Positions 47,400 through 61,602 of a DNA stretch of 64,000 nucleotides are shown in pieces. The stretch comes from the human T2T-CHM13v2.0 reference genome, Homo sapiens. The translations under genes were made by a program, and so were the position numbers. The first letter of the stretch is position 1, and the number at the start of each line of letters is the position of its first letter. The notes beneath the pieces were generated by a model. The model did not search any database and had not been told where the DNA came from. It saw nothing but the letters and a program-made list of their open reading frames with translations. The DNA is taken from the NCBI RefSeq assembly GCF_009914755.1, contig NC_060936.1; one strand, written 5' to 3'.

Positions 47400-47720
47400 A
47401 GAGAGCATGGAGTATGGTGCCCCAACCCTTACATACCTCCATCTAGAAGTGACAGGCAAACTTTCCACTCATATTTCATTAGCCAGAACAAGGCACCTTG
47501 CCACACCTAACTTCAAGGAAATTATGCCCAGGAAGAGAAGAACATGGTGGGCATGAGTGATATCTACCATCTCATCTGTAGCAGCAAAGGAGAATAGGGA
47601 AAGGAGCAGGTTTGTAATGATTTGTTGTGCCCAATCATGATTCATTACTTAGGGCTGGGCACATTGCAGCCCTGAACACAATCAGGATTCTTCATTGAGG
47701 ATAAAGGCAGGAATAGATAC
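47400..47720 (-). mobile_element. Old MLT1 (J/K-type) fragments
   Basis: ttccactcatatttcattagccagaacaaggcac...ccacacctaacttcaagg; gggctgggcacattgcagccctgaacacaatcaggattct. Confidence 0.55.
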
Positions 47721-49254
47721 GGGTTTACCCCAAGGTAGAACTGGGGTGAGTAACAAAGAGGTTGCAATGGCTGTCACCTGTATCTTCAACCCCACTGACC
47801 CTAATCTACCAATTTTGAGCTCTCTCAGCCCTTTACTTTCAGTCCATATATTTGGAATTTGAGTTTGGGATGAGTCTGGATGGGGAAAAAGGGAAAAGAG
47901 AGAGGAGAAAGGAAAAGGGTAAGAAGAGAAGAGATGTACTTAGGAGTAAAATAGGAGACAGCTTGAGTGCTCCAGACTCTGACTTCAGCACTTTCAGAAC
48001 CACTTAAAGGAAAAAATAATTAATGTTTACACATGTCAAACTGAAAGACAAAAGGAAGAAAATGTTTCAAAGAGGTAAGAAAAGTGTGGCAGTCTGGGTG
48101 GTCTGGCTGAAAGAGGAAAAACAATGTTCTTGTCAAGTTGTGCTTTGAAGGAGTCCTGGTGGAATGGAGTGGAACATTCTGATCCAAGGCTCAGACAGTG
48201 CATGCCCCACTCCTTATCCAGTATTCTAACGTATTTGATGGCTTTGTTCTTTTCTGTCTTTCTTCTGAAGTTCCCAACTCAGTCCACAAATTTTTCTTTT
48301 TAGTTAAAATTAAGTCCAAAATAACAACTCCCCTTGTCATTTCTATATTAAGCAGAAAATGACATTCTAGAAAAATGCTTACTCATTTTCAAAAGGCTTC
48401 TCATTTATTGTCCTCACAAGAACTTTATTTATTATCCTTATTTTACTTGCTAGGAAATCAAGGCTTATAGAGGTAAATTTATCCAAGGTCACAACACATC
48501 TGAAACTAGAACTGTTCACCTTTATGGTCCACTAAGTTAACCACCATGATATTTTGACTTCCAAGGCTTTATTGGATGCATTGCTCTTAATTGAACCTGG
48601 GATCTAGAAATTTTCTGGCTAGCTCGGACAGCATTTGTTGTCTGATTGGGGAATACAACCTCTGTTTCCTACTTCTAATGGAACTGCCTTTAGCATCCTC
48701 CCACAACTATGTCATTTATGCGTTCTGTCTACTTTTATCCTTAGCCAAATGCTCTCCACTGCACTCCCACCTAACAGTTATGGGTTTCCACATATGTGGA
48801 TATCTTCTCGACATACAGCATTTATCTCTTTCCTCTCCACTCCAGCCTGTTTCTTTTGATAAGTTATACCCATCTGTGGCCAAGTGCGCTATGATGATTC
48901 TACTCATTCAGCTCTGTGATACCTATTAGGTATATTTCCTTCCTTATACTAAAGCTTCAAGGTCACCTAGTTTTTACCCCCGTTCTGCTGTCTCTCCCAC
49001 TCTAACCTCTCCACATAAATCAGATTACCCGCAATGCCTGCCCTGGGCTTGAGTCAAATCTGGATGCAATTCATCCTCACCCCTCCTTGATTGTTAAATC
49101 CATTGCTTTTGTATTTGCTGGTGCCTCTGGGCTCTTAACCTAACTCCTGTTTTCTGTCTAGCTCTATTGATTAGTGACTCGGAGTTGCTCTCCTAATTTT
49201 GTCTATTCTATAATAACGAATGCTTCACTGAAGCATTTGATGGTAATGGGAACT

Positions 49255-49375
49255 GCCATTAGTTATGAGTCTACCATGTGTCAGCCTCTGGGCTAAGTAC
49301 CTTGCAGGTATTATTGCATTTACTCCTCCTGAGAAAATGGGGTTATTTCCTTCATTTTCTAGAAAGAAACAGGCA
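49255..49375 (-). mobile_element. MIR fragment
   Basis: gagtctaccatgtgtcagcctctgggctaagtaccttgc...tattattgcattta. Confidence 0.5.
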
Positions 49376-49589
49376 GTATCAGTGCTATAGGATATCCTTT
49401 ACATTTTAATGACTGCTCTAATGTGGACATCTAGAACTTGCTAGGACCTTTACCTTTAGTATTTCATTTGATCTTCCCAGCAGTCCTGCAAACTGTCTAG
49501 GCCTCCTCATCTCTACTTTTTCAGAGGGAACTAAGGAGGCTCAAGGAGGTGAGGTCAATTGTGAAGCAGGACTAGATTTAAACTCAGGT

Positions 49590-49958
49590 CTTCTCTCCAG
49601 CCATGCTGGCTGGCTTGCTGGTCCTGTTTCAGGACCTTTGTCCCAGCTGTTCCCTCTGCGTAAACACTCTTCTCCCATATCCACAGAACTCCACTCCGTT
49701 TCTCATCTCCACCATGTATTTGCTCAAATGTCACCTTCTCAGTGAGGCCTTCCCTAACCACCCTATTAAAATTGCACCCCACCCACCTCTCTTCCTCACT
49801 TCTTCCTCACTTTATTTTTCTCCATAGCACTTATCACTATCTGACATACCACACATTTGACTTACTAGAATGCAAGTTTAAAAATGGTAGGACTTTTTGT
49901 TAGTTTTCTTCATTAGTATGTGTACGTTCTCAATAAGTATTTGTTAGATGAATGAATA
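49590..49958 (+). mobile_element. L2 3' end
   Basis: caggacctttg...ctcaaatgtcaccttctcagtgaggccttccct...ctcaataagtatttgttagatgaatgaat. Confidence 0.85.
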
Positions 49959-51719
49959 AAAACTGCTCTAATCCCAAAGCCCATTCCCTTATCACCATAA
50001 TACACTCAGATCCTTTGTGTCCATCATATCTTCTTTTTACCTTTGTGGTACTTTGTAATACTAAATAACTTTTTAAAGTAAAGGCTTAAATTCAAGCTTA
50101 TCTTAGAAAAGAAAAAAACAAGTCCAACTTATACTGAACTTGGAAACTCTGCTAGCAACAGTTCTTATCTTTATCAAAGAATGTTTATTATGTGTCCTCT
50201 TGTATGTAATGCTTTGCTGTGTACTGTGCAGAAAAATTAAACTGGATGGTTCATCTCTGGCTCCACTTCATCCTCCAATTGGCTGCTCACTGGGAGAGTC
50301 AGAACTGGTGCAGATGAATAAGTAGAGGACACATTGTACATACAACACCAACCCAAATCACAGGTAATTAGGAGCCAATATGTATAGGGCAATCAGAGAG
50401 AAAAGTCATAAGAGTTTTATTAGTAGACAGGATGAGGTTCACAGAAGTCATCCAGAAAGAACTTTTCCATCCAAAATGTTTCTGAAGTAGACATTGCTGA
50501 GAAGCAGTTTATCTCAAAAACATCAGCTTCTAAAAATTTATAGTTTAGTTCCTGGATACAAACATTTTTTGACTGATAAAGCTACAATAACCATGGAGCT
50601 GGAAGGAAAAATTGGCCACCCTTTGTCCTTGGGAAAAAATCCATCATCTGTGGTGCCATACAGACCTTGAACCTGATGCTAACTCTATTTTAAAAGCCCA
50701 TTTCCTAAGGAGATATGATGCTACCATAAGCTACTGGTCATTGCGACAATCGTCATCATTTAGCATTCCTTAAGCAGCCTAACAAAGCATGAAATTAGAG
50801 ATTCTTAACTACAAGCACCCTGTTTATCATTTTTTCTCTTCCATGCATATATTCCAAGTCATGTATAACAAGACTATGTTACAGAAACATTAAAAATGTA
50901 CACCCATTAAAGCAACATGGACCCAGTCTGACTGCCAGCAGCAAATCCAGCTGCCACCAACATGGCTCCAGAGCCTTTTAGCTCCTCACCAGTGCCAAAA
51001 GACCAGTCATAAGAAAAGACAAATTATGGCAATTAGCATCTGGCATGTATAATTCTAAAATTAATTGTATTAGATTTTAAGCTCCTTTAGAACAAGAATA
51101 ATATTTTCCTCATTTTTGTGTTCCACGAAGTGCCTATTTCAGTGCTTGGTAAATATATCTCCTCCCTCCAGTAGGCTAGGCTGCAGGACTGACAAGGAAA
51201 GGGATTTTTTTTTCCCTTATGGTAAATAGTATACCCATTATCTAACATGCATTTGGCACGAGATAACATTCAATACATATATTTTTTAGCAAATAAAATA
51301 AAGAACATTTACTTGAGTGAATACTGGCTGACCTGTAAAAATTAAATTTAACTCAACATTTGGGTTCTTCTGATTTATCATTAAGGTAACCATAAACAAA
51401 AGACTGTAGATTCAAATATTCTGTAAAAAGTTGCTGATAGGTCTAAAGTGAAATTCTGAATCAGCTCTTGATCGGGGAGAGGGTGGTTTAAACAAGTCAT
51501 TTATATATTTTGGGCTTTATTTTCCTTGCTCCTTTCTGATGAATCTTAAAAGAAAATGAAGACTTGGGTTAGATCATCTCTATAGCTCTTTTAGCTCCAT
51601 GTTTCTGTATTTATTATTTGTATAACCCACAAGGACATAGATGTATCTGCAGATGCTGATTCATTAACTGGCTGGGCCAAATGACTTTTTCTAAAGGAAC
51701 AAACTACTAACAAACTTCC

Positions 51720-52124
51720 AGTGGTAGCCAGTTCCAAGATGGCCTCAATCATTCCAGCCCCTAATATTCACACCCTTGTGAGTCCCCTCTCACATCATAC
51801 TAGAGTTGGTCTGTTTGACCAGTAGCATACAACAGAAGTGATTATGTATTACTTCCTAGACTGGGTTACAAAAATGAAAAGTGAGGAACTGAAGCCATCT
51901 GTAATAACCACATGGTTGTCTGGAAATGGATTCTTCAGCGTCAGTCAAACTTTCAGAAGACCGCAACCCTAGCTGACATCTTGACTGCCGCCCCAGGAGT
52001 CAGAACCATGTGGCTAAGCTGCTCCTGGGTGCCTGACCCCCAGAAACTATTTAGATGTACATTTTTATTTTTTCATTTGCTAAATTTGGGGGTAATTTGT
52101 TATGAAGCAGTAGATAACTATTAC
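51720..52124 (+). mobile_element. MLT1E/F-type MaLR LTR
   Basis: gtggtagcc...ccaagatggcc...gctaaatttgggggtaatttgttatgaagcagtagataactattaca. Confidence 0.8.
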
Positions 52125-52681
52125 ACTTTCTCATTCAAAATCCTACCTCCTCCTGGGCACATGACCAGTGTTGATTTCACCATTCCTGGAACTTACGCAG
52201 TGTTTGGTAACATATGTCTGATAAGAAAAGACACATGTTAGTGCCAGCATTTGTGTAGCCACTTGCTTTTAAACTCATCTTCATGGCTACATCATTGTAT
52301 GTTGCAGTGATCTCATTATGATTTCCATCTCTGTTCTTTCAAGGTTGCACCTTGCTGTTGGCAACAATTCCCTTCTTACATGGCTGCCTGTATTACCCCA
52401 TGTCATGCTTTCTTACTTAGTTGTACCATAAGTCAATTGATTGCTTTAACAGAAACACATTCATAGTACTTGTTTGTTTTTCAGTACTTCCTTAATTCAT
52501 ATATTTGCTCTTTGTGACAAAACGATCTTTGAAGAACTTTGAATACTTTTTTTTGGTCAAAGAATTTTTAAAAATTAAAATGAGTGGAATTCAAGTCCTT
52601 TAGGGATTCCATTTCCCACCTTAGGAAGTAATGTATACAAAACTCTTAGAACAGTCTGGCATAGAAATGTTCAATAAAACT

Positions 52682-52983
52682 GGCCAGGCACAATGGCTCA
52701 TGCCTGTAATCCCAGCACTTTAGGAGGCCAAAGCAGGAGGATCACCTGAGGTCAGGAGTTCGAGACCAGCCTGGCCAACATGGTGAAACCCCATTTCTAC
52801 TGAAAATACAAAAATTAGCCGGGCATGGTGGTGCATGCCTGTAATCCCAGCTACTCGGAAGGGTGAGGCAGAAGAATCACTTAGAACCCAGGAGGCAGAG
52901 GTTGCAGTGAGCCGAGATCACGCCATTGCACTTTAGCCTGGGCGACAGAGCGAGACTCTGTCTCAAAAAAAAAAAAAAAAAAA
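52682..52983 (+). mobile_element. AluS
   Basis: Dimer; TSD aatgttcaataaaac. Confidence 0.95.
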
Positions 52984-53243
52984 GGAATGTAGGAATGTTC
53001 AATAAAACCATTATTTATATGGTAGTGCAGGTTGACTATTATGTAAATAAGGAAATGTTTAATACGAGAAAGTGCTTAATACCTGGGCACCAACTAACTG
53101 AGGAAGTCCATTAACACAGCCTGGACTCTGTAGTGAATGTCAAGTTCAGAATAGCGACCCTAATTCCAATTAAAGCCCCTCTCCATAGCATTTATTTCTC
53201 CATATAGAATCATGAACAAAATTGTTCTCTCTTAAAAGCTTCC

Positions 53244-53521
53244 TGGCCACGCCTGTAATCCCAGCACTTTGAGAGGCCGAGGCGAGCAGATCACTTGTGC
53301 TCAGGAGTTTGAGACCAGCCTGGACAACATGGTGAAACCCCATCTCTTCCAAAAATACAAAATATTAACCAGGCATGGCAGCGTGTGCCTGTAATTCCAG
53401 CTACTTGGAAGGCTGAGGTGGGAGGATTAAGCCTGGAAGACAGGGGTTGTAGTGTGCAGAGTTAGCTCCACTGCACTCCAGCCTGGGCAACAGAGTGAGA
53501 CCCATCTGAAAAAAAAAAAAA
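53244..53521 (+). mobile_element. Alu (J/S) with a short 5' deletion
   Basis: TSD aaaagcttcctg. Confidence 0.92.
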
Positions 53522-54565
53522 GCTTCCTGATATACCAGAGAAACATCATTTTACAATAATACAGCACAAAATGACTCAACAATCTCTGTGGACAGGAATG
53601 GCTATCAACACATTGCTGCACCTTTGGTCAAACATATTTTTTAGATTTAAACTTTCAAATTGCTGCCCCACGCTTATAGGAAACTGTGTACATATCTTAC
53701 CTGGTCTGCAAAGATACAAGCTTCAAATAGTATGCTGGATCTTTCTTACATCAAAGGTATACAAGGACCAATGATGCGGGCTGGTCAATAATATAAATTC
53801 TAGTAAAAATAAAAATGACTAGATTTACACAAAGAAAATATCAGCAAGAGTATATAGTGCGTCCTGATTCCTCTGATCATGAGATTGTGAGAGCCTTGTG
53901 GGCGGAGAGAGAAGGAAGGCTCTGGGGCCAGTGGCCCTGAGGCAAACTATCATGTCCTTACCCTACAGGAAACAGGAAAGAGAAATGACTACAAGGCAAG
54001 AAGTTCTATGCTTAGAGACTTAAGGAAGGCATAAGATGCTGTGAAAACTTTTTTGCTCCTAACTCCCTTATCCTCCTGGTCTCCCAGATCAGTGTTCTTT
54101 GAGAAAAGGAATGGGTTCATCCAGAAGGAATTTATTCTAAAATAAATTCTAAAATAAATTCCTTAGGTTCTAGTTCTAGATTTTTAACAGTTATAGCCAA
54201 AAGCTAATAATTTATGGCTATCACAGTTCTTCTTGCACGAAAGTCATAATACTCTAAAAGTGAGTTTGCCCAATTACTTGTGGGTCAGAACTAAAGCCAA
54301 TAAAGGTTTTGAAAAATGATGTTTTCAAATAAAAAATATTTGAGCTGCAGACTATTTCCTCATGATTTCACCAAAGAAATGAAGACAAACTATAACATAT
54401 TTAAATTACAGCCTAGTATTAGGGCAAGAGAAAACAGTCACTGAGTGTTGTCCAGACAAGCATTCAGAGAGCAGTGATGGTGTTATTTATTTATTCTTAT
54501 TTTGCTACCTATTGAGAGAAAGATGTGTCAATTTTCATGTCATCATGTCGTAAATAAGTTATTGA

Positions 54566-54821
54566 GGCTGGATACGATGGCTGAGGCCTATAATCCCCAC
54601 TTTGGGAGGCCGAGGTGGGTGGCCTTGAGCCCAGAAGTTCAAGACCAGCCTGGGCAACATGGAGAAACCCCATCTCTACAAAAGATAAAAAAATTAGCCA
54701 GGCCTGGTGATGTGTGCTTGTAGTCCCAGCTACTAGGGAGGCTAAGGCAGGAGTATCACTTGAGCCTGGGAGATTGTGTCTGCAGTGAGCCATGATCCTA
54801 CCACTGCACTACTGCCTGGGC

Positions 54822-54864
<43 letters not shown>

Positions 54865-54890
54865 GGAAAAGAAAAAAGAAAGAACAAGAA
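54566..54890 (+). mobile_element. AluJ whose 3' end is replaced by (AC)20
   Basis: cctgggcaacacac...ac followed by an A-rich tail. Confidence 0.9.
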
Positions 54891-55059
54891 ATTTAGCATA
54901 AAATACACATTATTGTATCTGAGCAGAACTTTGAGAGCAAAAGATCTCTTATAGCCTAATTACAATGAGACCAGTTATGCCTCTTGACCCCTACATTAGT
55001 TATGATCTTCAACTTATGTGGCCACTTGTAACTCCAACAAATGTAACTAATTTAACCCA

Positions 55060-55320
55060 ATATTAGTTACTTTTTTGCGTAACAACTACCTGTAAACTAC
55101 TAAGCTACTGGCTTAACACAACTACCTTTAATTAGGTTCACAATTCCTTGGGTCAGCAATTTCAGTTGGGCTCAGCCGAGCAGTTCTACTGGTCTTGGCT
55201 GGGCTCGCTCATGATGAGTATGTGGTCATCTACTGGGTAGGCTAAGTGGCTCCACTTCTGAGGCTGAGTTTGTCTAGGTTAACTTCAGCTGGGACTGCTC
55301 ATCTCTGTTATACATTGTCG
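55060..55320 (-). mobile_element. MLT1 (H/I/J-type) LTR fragment
   Basis: tattagttact...gcgtaacaactacc...ggtcagcaatttcagttgggctcagc. Confidence 0.65.
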
Positions 55321-56050
55321 TGTGACTGTGAGCAAGTTACCTAACCTCTCTGGTTCTCTGCTGGATCATTCACATCAGCATACAAATATGCTGTTATTTC
55401 TCTCTCATCGCCACCCTGCCGCCCCAAAAACCCACTCTGCTCATTTTTATAGCAAAACTCTTTTTTTCCTAAGCAAATTAACACTGGAGCAAAACTCTTT
55501 TTAAAAGGGATCTGTACTCACTGTCTTCAATTCTGTTTTTCCCACTCTTAGTAAAACCCACTCCAAAAGGTTTTAGCCCCCATTACTCTGCCCAAACTGC
55601 TTTAGTCAAGGCCACCAGTAATTTTCCATTGTTAAATCTAGCAATCCATTCCCTATTCTCATCTTTCCTGACCCATCAGCAGCTTTTGACACGTGTCATC
55701 ACTCCCTTCTCCTTGAAACACTTTCTTTACCTGGCTTCCATACAGCACATCCGCCAGGTTGCTTTCCTACACAACCAGCTTCTCCTTCTAGGTCTCCTTA
55801 GCTGTTTCCTTTTCATCTTTCTGATGTCTCAATATCAAAGCCTTCCAGAACCGTTTTTGCACTTTTCCCCTCCCCTCCTCCTCTTCTCTTCTCTTCTCCT
55901 TACAACTTCCTTGGTGAGCTCATCCAGTCTTCTGGTTTTAAGAATCATCAGTATGCTGATAACTTCCAAATTTGTATCTCTAACCCGGACCTCCACCCAA
56001 AATCCAGACTTGTATATCCAATTACCCACCAGGTATCTCCACTTGGATGT

Positions 56051-56531
56051 TGTATTTTCCTATTGCTGTTGCAACAAATTGTCACAAACTTAGTGGATTA
56101 AAACAGCACACATTTAAATCGATCTCACTGAGCTAAAGTCAAGATGTCAGTAGGTCTGCATTCCTTTCTTGAGGCTTAAGGGGAAGAATACATTTTCTTT
56201 TTAGCTTCTAGAGGCTGCCTGCAGTCCTTCACATGTAGCACCCTCCATCTTGAAAGCCAACGGTGGCCGGCCAAGTCTTTCTCACATTGCATCTCTCAGA
56301 GATACCAACTTCCCTGTCTCCCTCTTCCATATTTAAAGACTTGCAATTACACTGGGATATACCTGAATAATTCAGGAAAAAAATCTCCTGATTTTAAAGT
56401 CAGCTAATTAATTCTATCTTAATTCTATCTGCTATGTTAACTCCCCTTTGCCATGTAACCAAACATATTTACAGGTTTCAGGGATTAGGACCTTGAATGG
56501 CCCCTTTGGGGGCCATTACTCTGCCTGTCAC
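56051..56531 (-). mobile_element. MLT1D/E MaLR LTR
   Basis: tgtattttcctattgctgttgcaacaaattgtcacaaacttagtgg...ggccattactctgcctgtcaca. Confidence 0.85.
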
Positions 56532-56847
56532 AGACTTCTTATAGTCCTGTCAAATGCAACATGTCGGAACTGAATTCCTGATTCTACTAAGCCTGCTCCT
56601 CTTTAAGTCTTCCTCTTCAGTTAATGCCAACCTCACTCTTCCTGTTGGTCACTGGTCATCCTTACTCTTATCTTTCTATCTCATGTCCAATCTATTAGCA
56701 AATCCTATGGACTTTACCTCCAAAATATAACCAGAATCTGATGGTTCTCATCACTTCCAGTGCAGCTATCCTGGCTCAAGACCCTCTCATTGCTCACCCT
56801 AATATTGTTAACAGTTTCCAGAGTTCTCAGATTATGGTAATAGCCTC

Positions 56848-57263
56848 TGTATTAGGCTGTTCCTGCATTGCTATAAAGAAATACCTGAGACTCGGTAATT
56901 TATAAAGAAAAGAGGTTTAACCGGCTCATAGTTCTGCAGGCTGTACAGGAAGCATAGCGACATATGCTTCTAGGGAGGCCTCAGGAAGCTTCCAATCATG
57001 GCGGAAGACGAAGGAGGAGCAGGCGCATCACATGGTAAAACCAGAAGCAAGATAATGAGGGGGGAGGTGCTACATACTTTTAAATGGCTAGATCTCATGA
57101 GAACTCACTCATTATTGCGTGGACAGTACCAAGAGAAATGGTGCTAAATCACTCACAAGAAACCAACCCCATGATCCATTTACCTCTGACCAGGCCCCTC
57201 TTCCACCACTGGGGATTATACTTTAATATGAGTTTGGGCGGGGCACGCATCCAAACTATAACA
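56848..57263 (-). mobile_element. MSTA/MSTB MaLR LTR
   Basis: tgtattaggctgttcctgcattgctataaagaaatacctgagact...ccaaactataaca; perfect 5-bp TSD GCCTC. Confidence 0.9.
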
Positions 57264-57361
57264 GCCTCCTAAACCATCACTCTGGTTTCTGCCCTAGCCT
57301 ACCAGCATCTCATCCCCAGTCAACCAAAATATCATCTATTCTCAATATAACATCCAGATAA

Positions 57362-57744
<383 letters not shown>

Positions 57745-57804
57745 CCAGATAATATTTTTACAATGAAAGTCAGATCATATTATGTCTCTGTTCAAAACCT
57801 TACC

Positions 57805-58940
57805 AATAAAAATATTTGCTAAAGATACATGTGATAAAGGACTGTTATCCAAAATATAAACAGAACTTTAAAACTCAGAAATAAGAAAACAAGCAGCCCA
57901 ATTTAAAAATAAGCCAAAGACCTTAAAAGACACCTCACCAAAGACGACATATGGATGGCAAATAAGCATATGAAAAGATGCTCTAGATCATATGTATTAT
58001 AAGGAAATGCAAATTAAAGTGACAAATCAGATACCACTACATATTATTAGGTTGGCCAAAATTCAGAACATGGACAACACCAAATGCTGGCAAGGATGTG
58101 CAGCAACAGGATATATTTTTCTTTACATCACTCATCACTTTCTAACTTATCAAATAATCCCCACAATCATTCATTGCTTGTGGGAATGCAAAATGATGCA
58201 GCCATTTTGGAAGACAGTTTGGCAGTCTCTTAGAAAACTAAACACACTCTTTACCATGAAATCCGGCAATCACGCTTCTTGATATTTACCCAAAGTTGAA
58301 AACGTATGTTCACACAAAAACCTACACACAGATTTTTACAGCAGCTCTATTCATAATTGCCAAAACATAGAAGCAAACAAGATGTCCTTCAATCAGTGAA
58401 TGGATAAATAAACTGTGATACATCCAGACAATGAATATCATTCAGTCCTAAAAAGAAATGAGCTATCAAGCCATGAAAAGATATGGAGGAAACTTAAGTG
58501 CACATTAATAAATAAAAGAAGCCCATCTGAAAAGGCTACAAACTGTATAATTCCAATTATATGGCATTTTGAAAAAGGCAAACTATGGAGCCAATAAAAG
58601 ATCAGCAGTTGCCAGGGATTTGTGGAGAGGGATGATTGAAGAGGCAGAACACAGAAGATTTTTAGGGCAGTTAAAATACTGTGTTTGACATAACATGATG
58701 GATTACAGGTCATTTTTCCAGACCCATAGACTGTACAACGCCAAGAATAAGACCCAATATAAACTATGAACTTTGGGTGCTAATGATGTGTCAACGTAGG
58801 TTCATCAATTATAACAAATGTGCCAGTCTGGTAGGGGGTTGTGATATAGGGAGGCTATGTAGGTGCAAGGGCAGATAGCCTGTGGAAAATCTCTGTACCC
58901 TCCTCTCAATTTTGCTGTGAACCTAAAACTGCTAAAACAA
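57805..58940 (+). mobile_element. L1MB/MC-type 3' end
   Basis: gataaaggactgttatccaaaatata...cagccattttggaagacagtttggcag...ctcaattttgctgtgaacctaaaactgct. Confidence 0.88.
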
Positions 58941-59382
58941 CAATAACCCCTCCCAAGACTTCTCAGTTCCGTGAAAGCTGACGTCTGCCAGGACCACAGG
59001 ATCCGGCTCTTCCTCCTACGCCTCTGACCTCTTCTCAGGCTCCCCAACTCCATGCTTACTTCCTTCCACCCACAGGGGCCTCCACACTGTCTGCAAAACT
59101 CCAGGTACCTCCTCAGAGTTTCTGCACTTGGCTGTTTGCTCTTGTTGAAATATTCTCTGGCCAGGCATTTGTGTGGGTCTCTCTCTCCTCTCCCACGATC
59201 TTTGCTGAGAAATCACCTTCTCAGTGAGGCTTCCTCTGTCCATCATCCTATGTTTGAAATTGCACCCCCACACAAGCACATTCACAGAACCCTCTCCTTC
59301 TTTATTGCTTTACTTTTCTCTATTACTTATCACTTTCTAACTTTTCATGTAATTGATGTATTTATATATTTTTTGTCTCCGC

Positions 59383-60117
59383 TTAGGAGATCAGAATATA
59401 CCACCCCAAAATATGCCTCTCTGGCATACAGATTATTTCAAGCTGATTATTTTGAGAAACAGCAGACACAAGAGGAGCTATAAAAACAGAGTAGAAGTTA
59501 CCCTTTTATAAAGAAAATTTACATATATAAAGGAAACCTCCATTTCTGAGGGTGTCTCTCTCTGTACCATGAAGAGAAGAGTGACTCTAAACCACTAGAG
59601 ATTCTTATCAATGGAAAAGGCACCAACAAACCTGACCCTTGTTTACTGTGCTTTTCCTGGTTACCCCTCCATAATGGCTCCCCCAACTCCTTTGTTTCTT
59701 TGTTCCAGCAGACAATGACATTTAATTCTGAATTCAAAGGTACCTCTGTGAGACTTGCTCATTTTACTAGGTATTTCCCGTGCATATATAAGATATACAA
59801 GTTGGCCAGGTGCAGTGGCTCACACTTGTAATCTCAACACTTTGGGAGGCCAAAGTGGGAGGTTGCTTGAGCCCAGGAATTTGAGACCAGCCTGGGCAAC
59901 ATGCTGAGCAACATATTACTATATGGGCAACATATTACTAAAAATAAAAAATAAAAAATTAGACAGTCATTGTGGCATGTACCTCTAGTTCCAGTTACTC
60001 AGGGGTCTGAGCTGGGAAGACCACTTGAGCCTGTGCATTCGAGGCTGCAGTGAACTATGATCACACCAGTGTACTCCAGCCTGGGCAACAGAGTGAGACC
60101 CTATCTCAAAACAAAAC

Positions 60118-60148
<31 letters not shown>

Positions 60149-60262
60149 CCACAACCCCACCAGTTAATAAACTTACTTATTTTTTTCTCTTGTTAACCAA
60201 GAGTTTGCCCCAACTAAGAATATAAAGGGTAGAAATAAAAATTATTTTTTTCCTCCCCTACA
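59383..60262 (+). mobile_element. MER39/MER34-family solo LTR with a nested AluJ
   Basis: ggagatcagaatataccaccccaaaatatgcctct...ttcctcccctaca. Confidence 0.8.
59804..60143 (+). mobile_element. AluJ with an internal rearrangement and (AAAAC)n tail
   Basis: Dimer; duplicated gcaacatattacta at the left-arm end. Confidence 0.92.
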
Positions 60263-60368
60263 TCTGTCACCACTACATGGTAAATTCCATGAAGGCAAAG
60301 AAGTTTTGATTATTCCTAGTTCTTAGGCCAGTAGTAGACACTTAGTAAATATTGGTTAAATAAATGAC

Positions 60369-61103
<735 letters not shown>

Positions 61104-61104
61104 A

Positions 61105-61602
<498 letters not shown>

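Noticed and set aside
48787-48800. 14-bp perfect palindrome tccacatatgtgga
   Set aside because: About four such palindromes are expected by chance in 64 kb (64000/4^7).
55629-56093. 154-aa Leu/Ser-rich ORF
   Set aside because: Lies within decayed L2 sequence with a non-ATG start; no recognisable protein.
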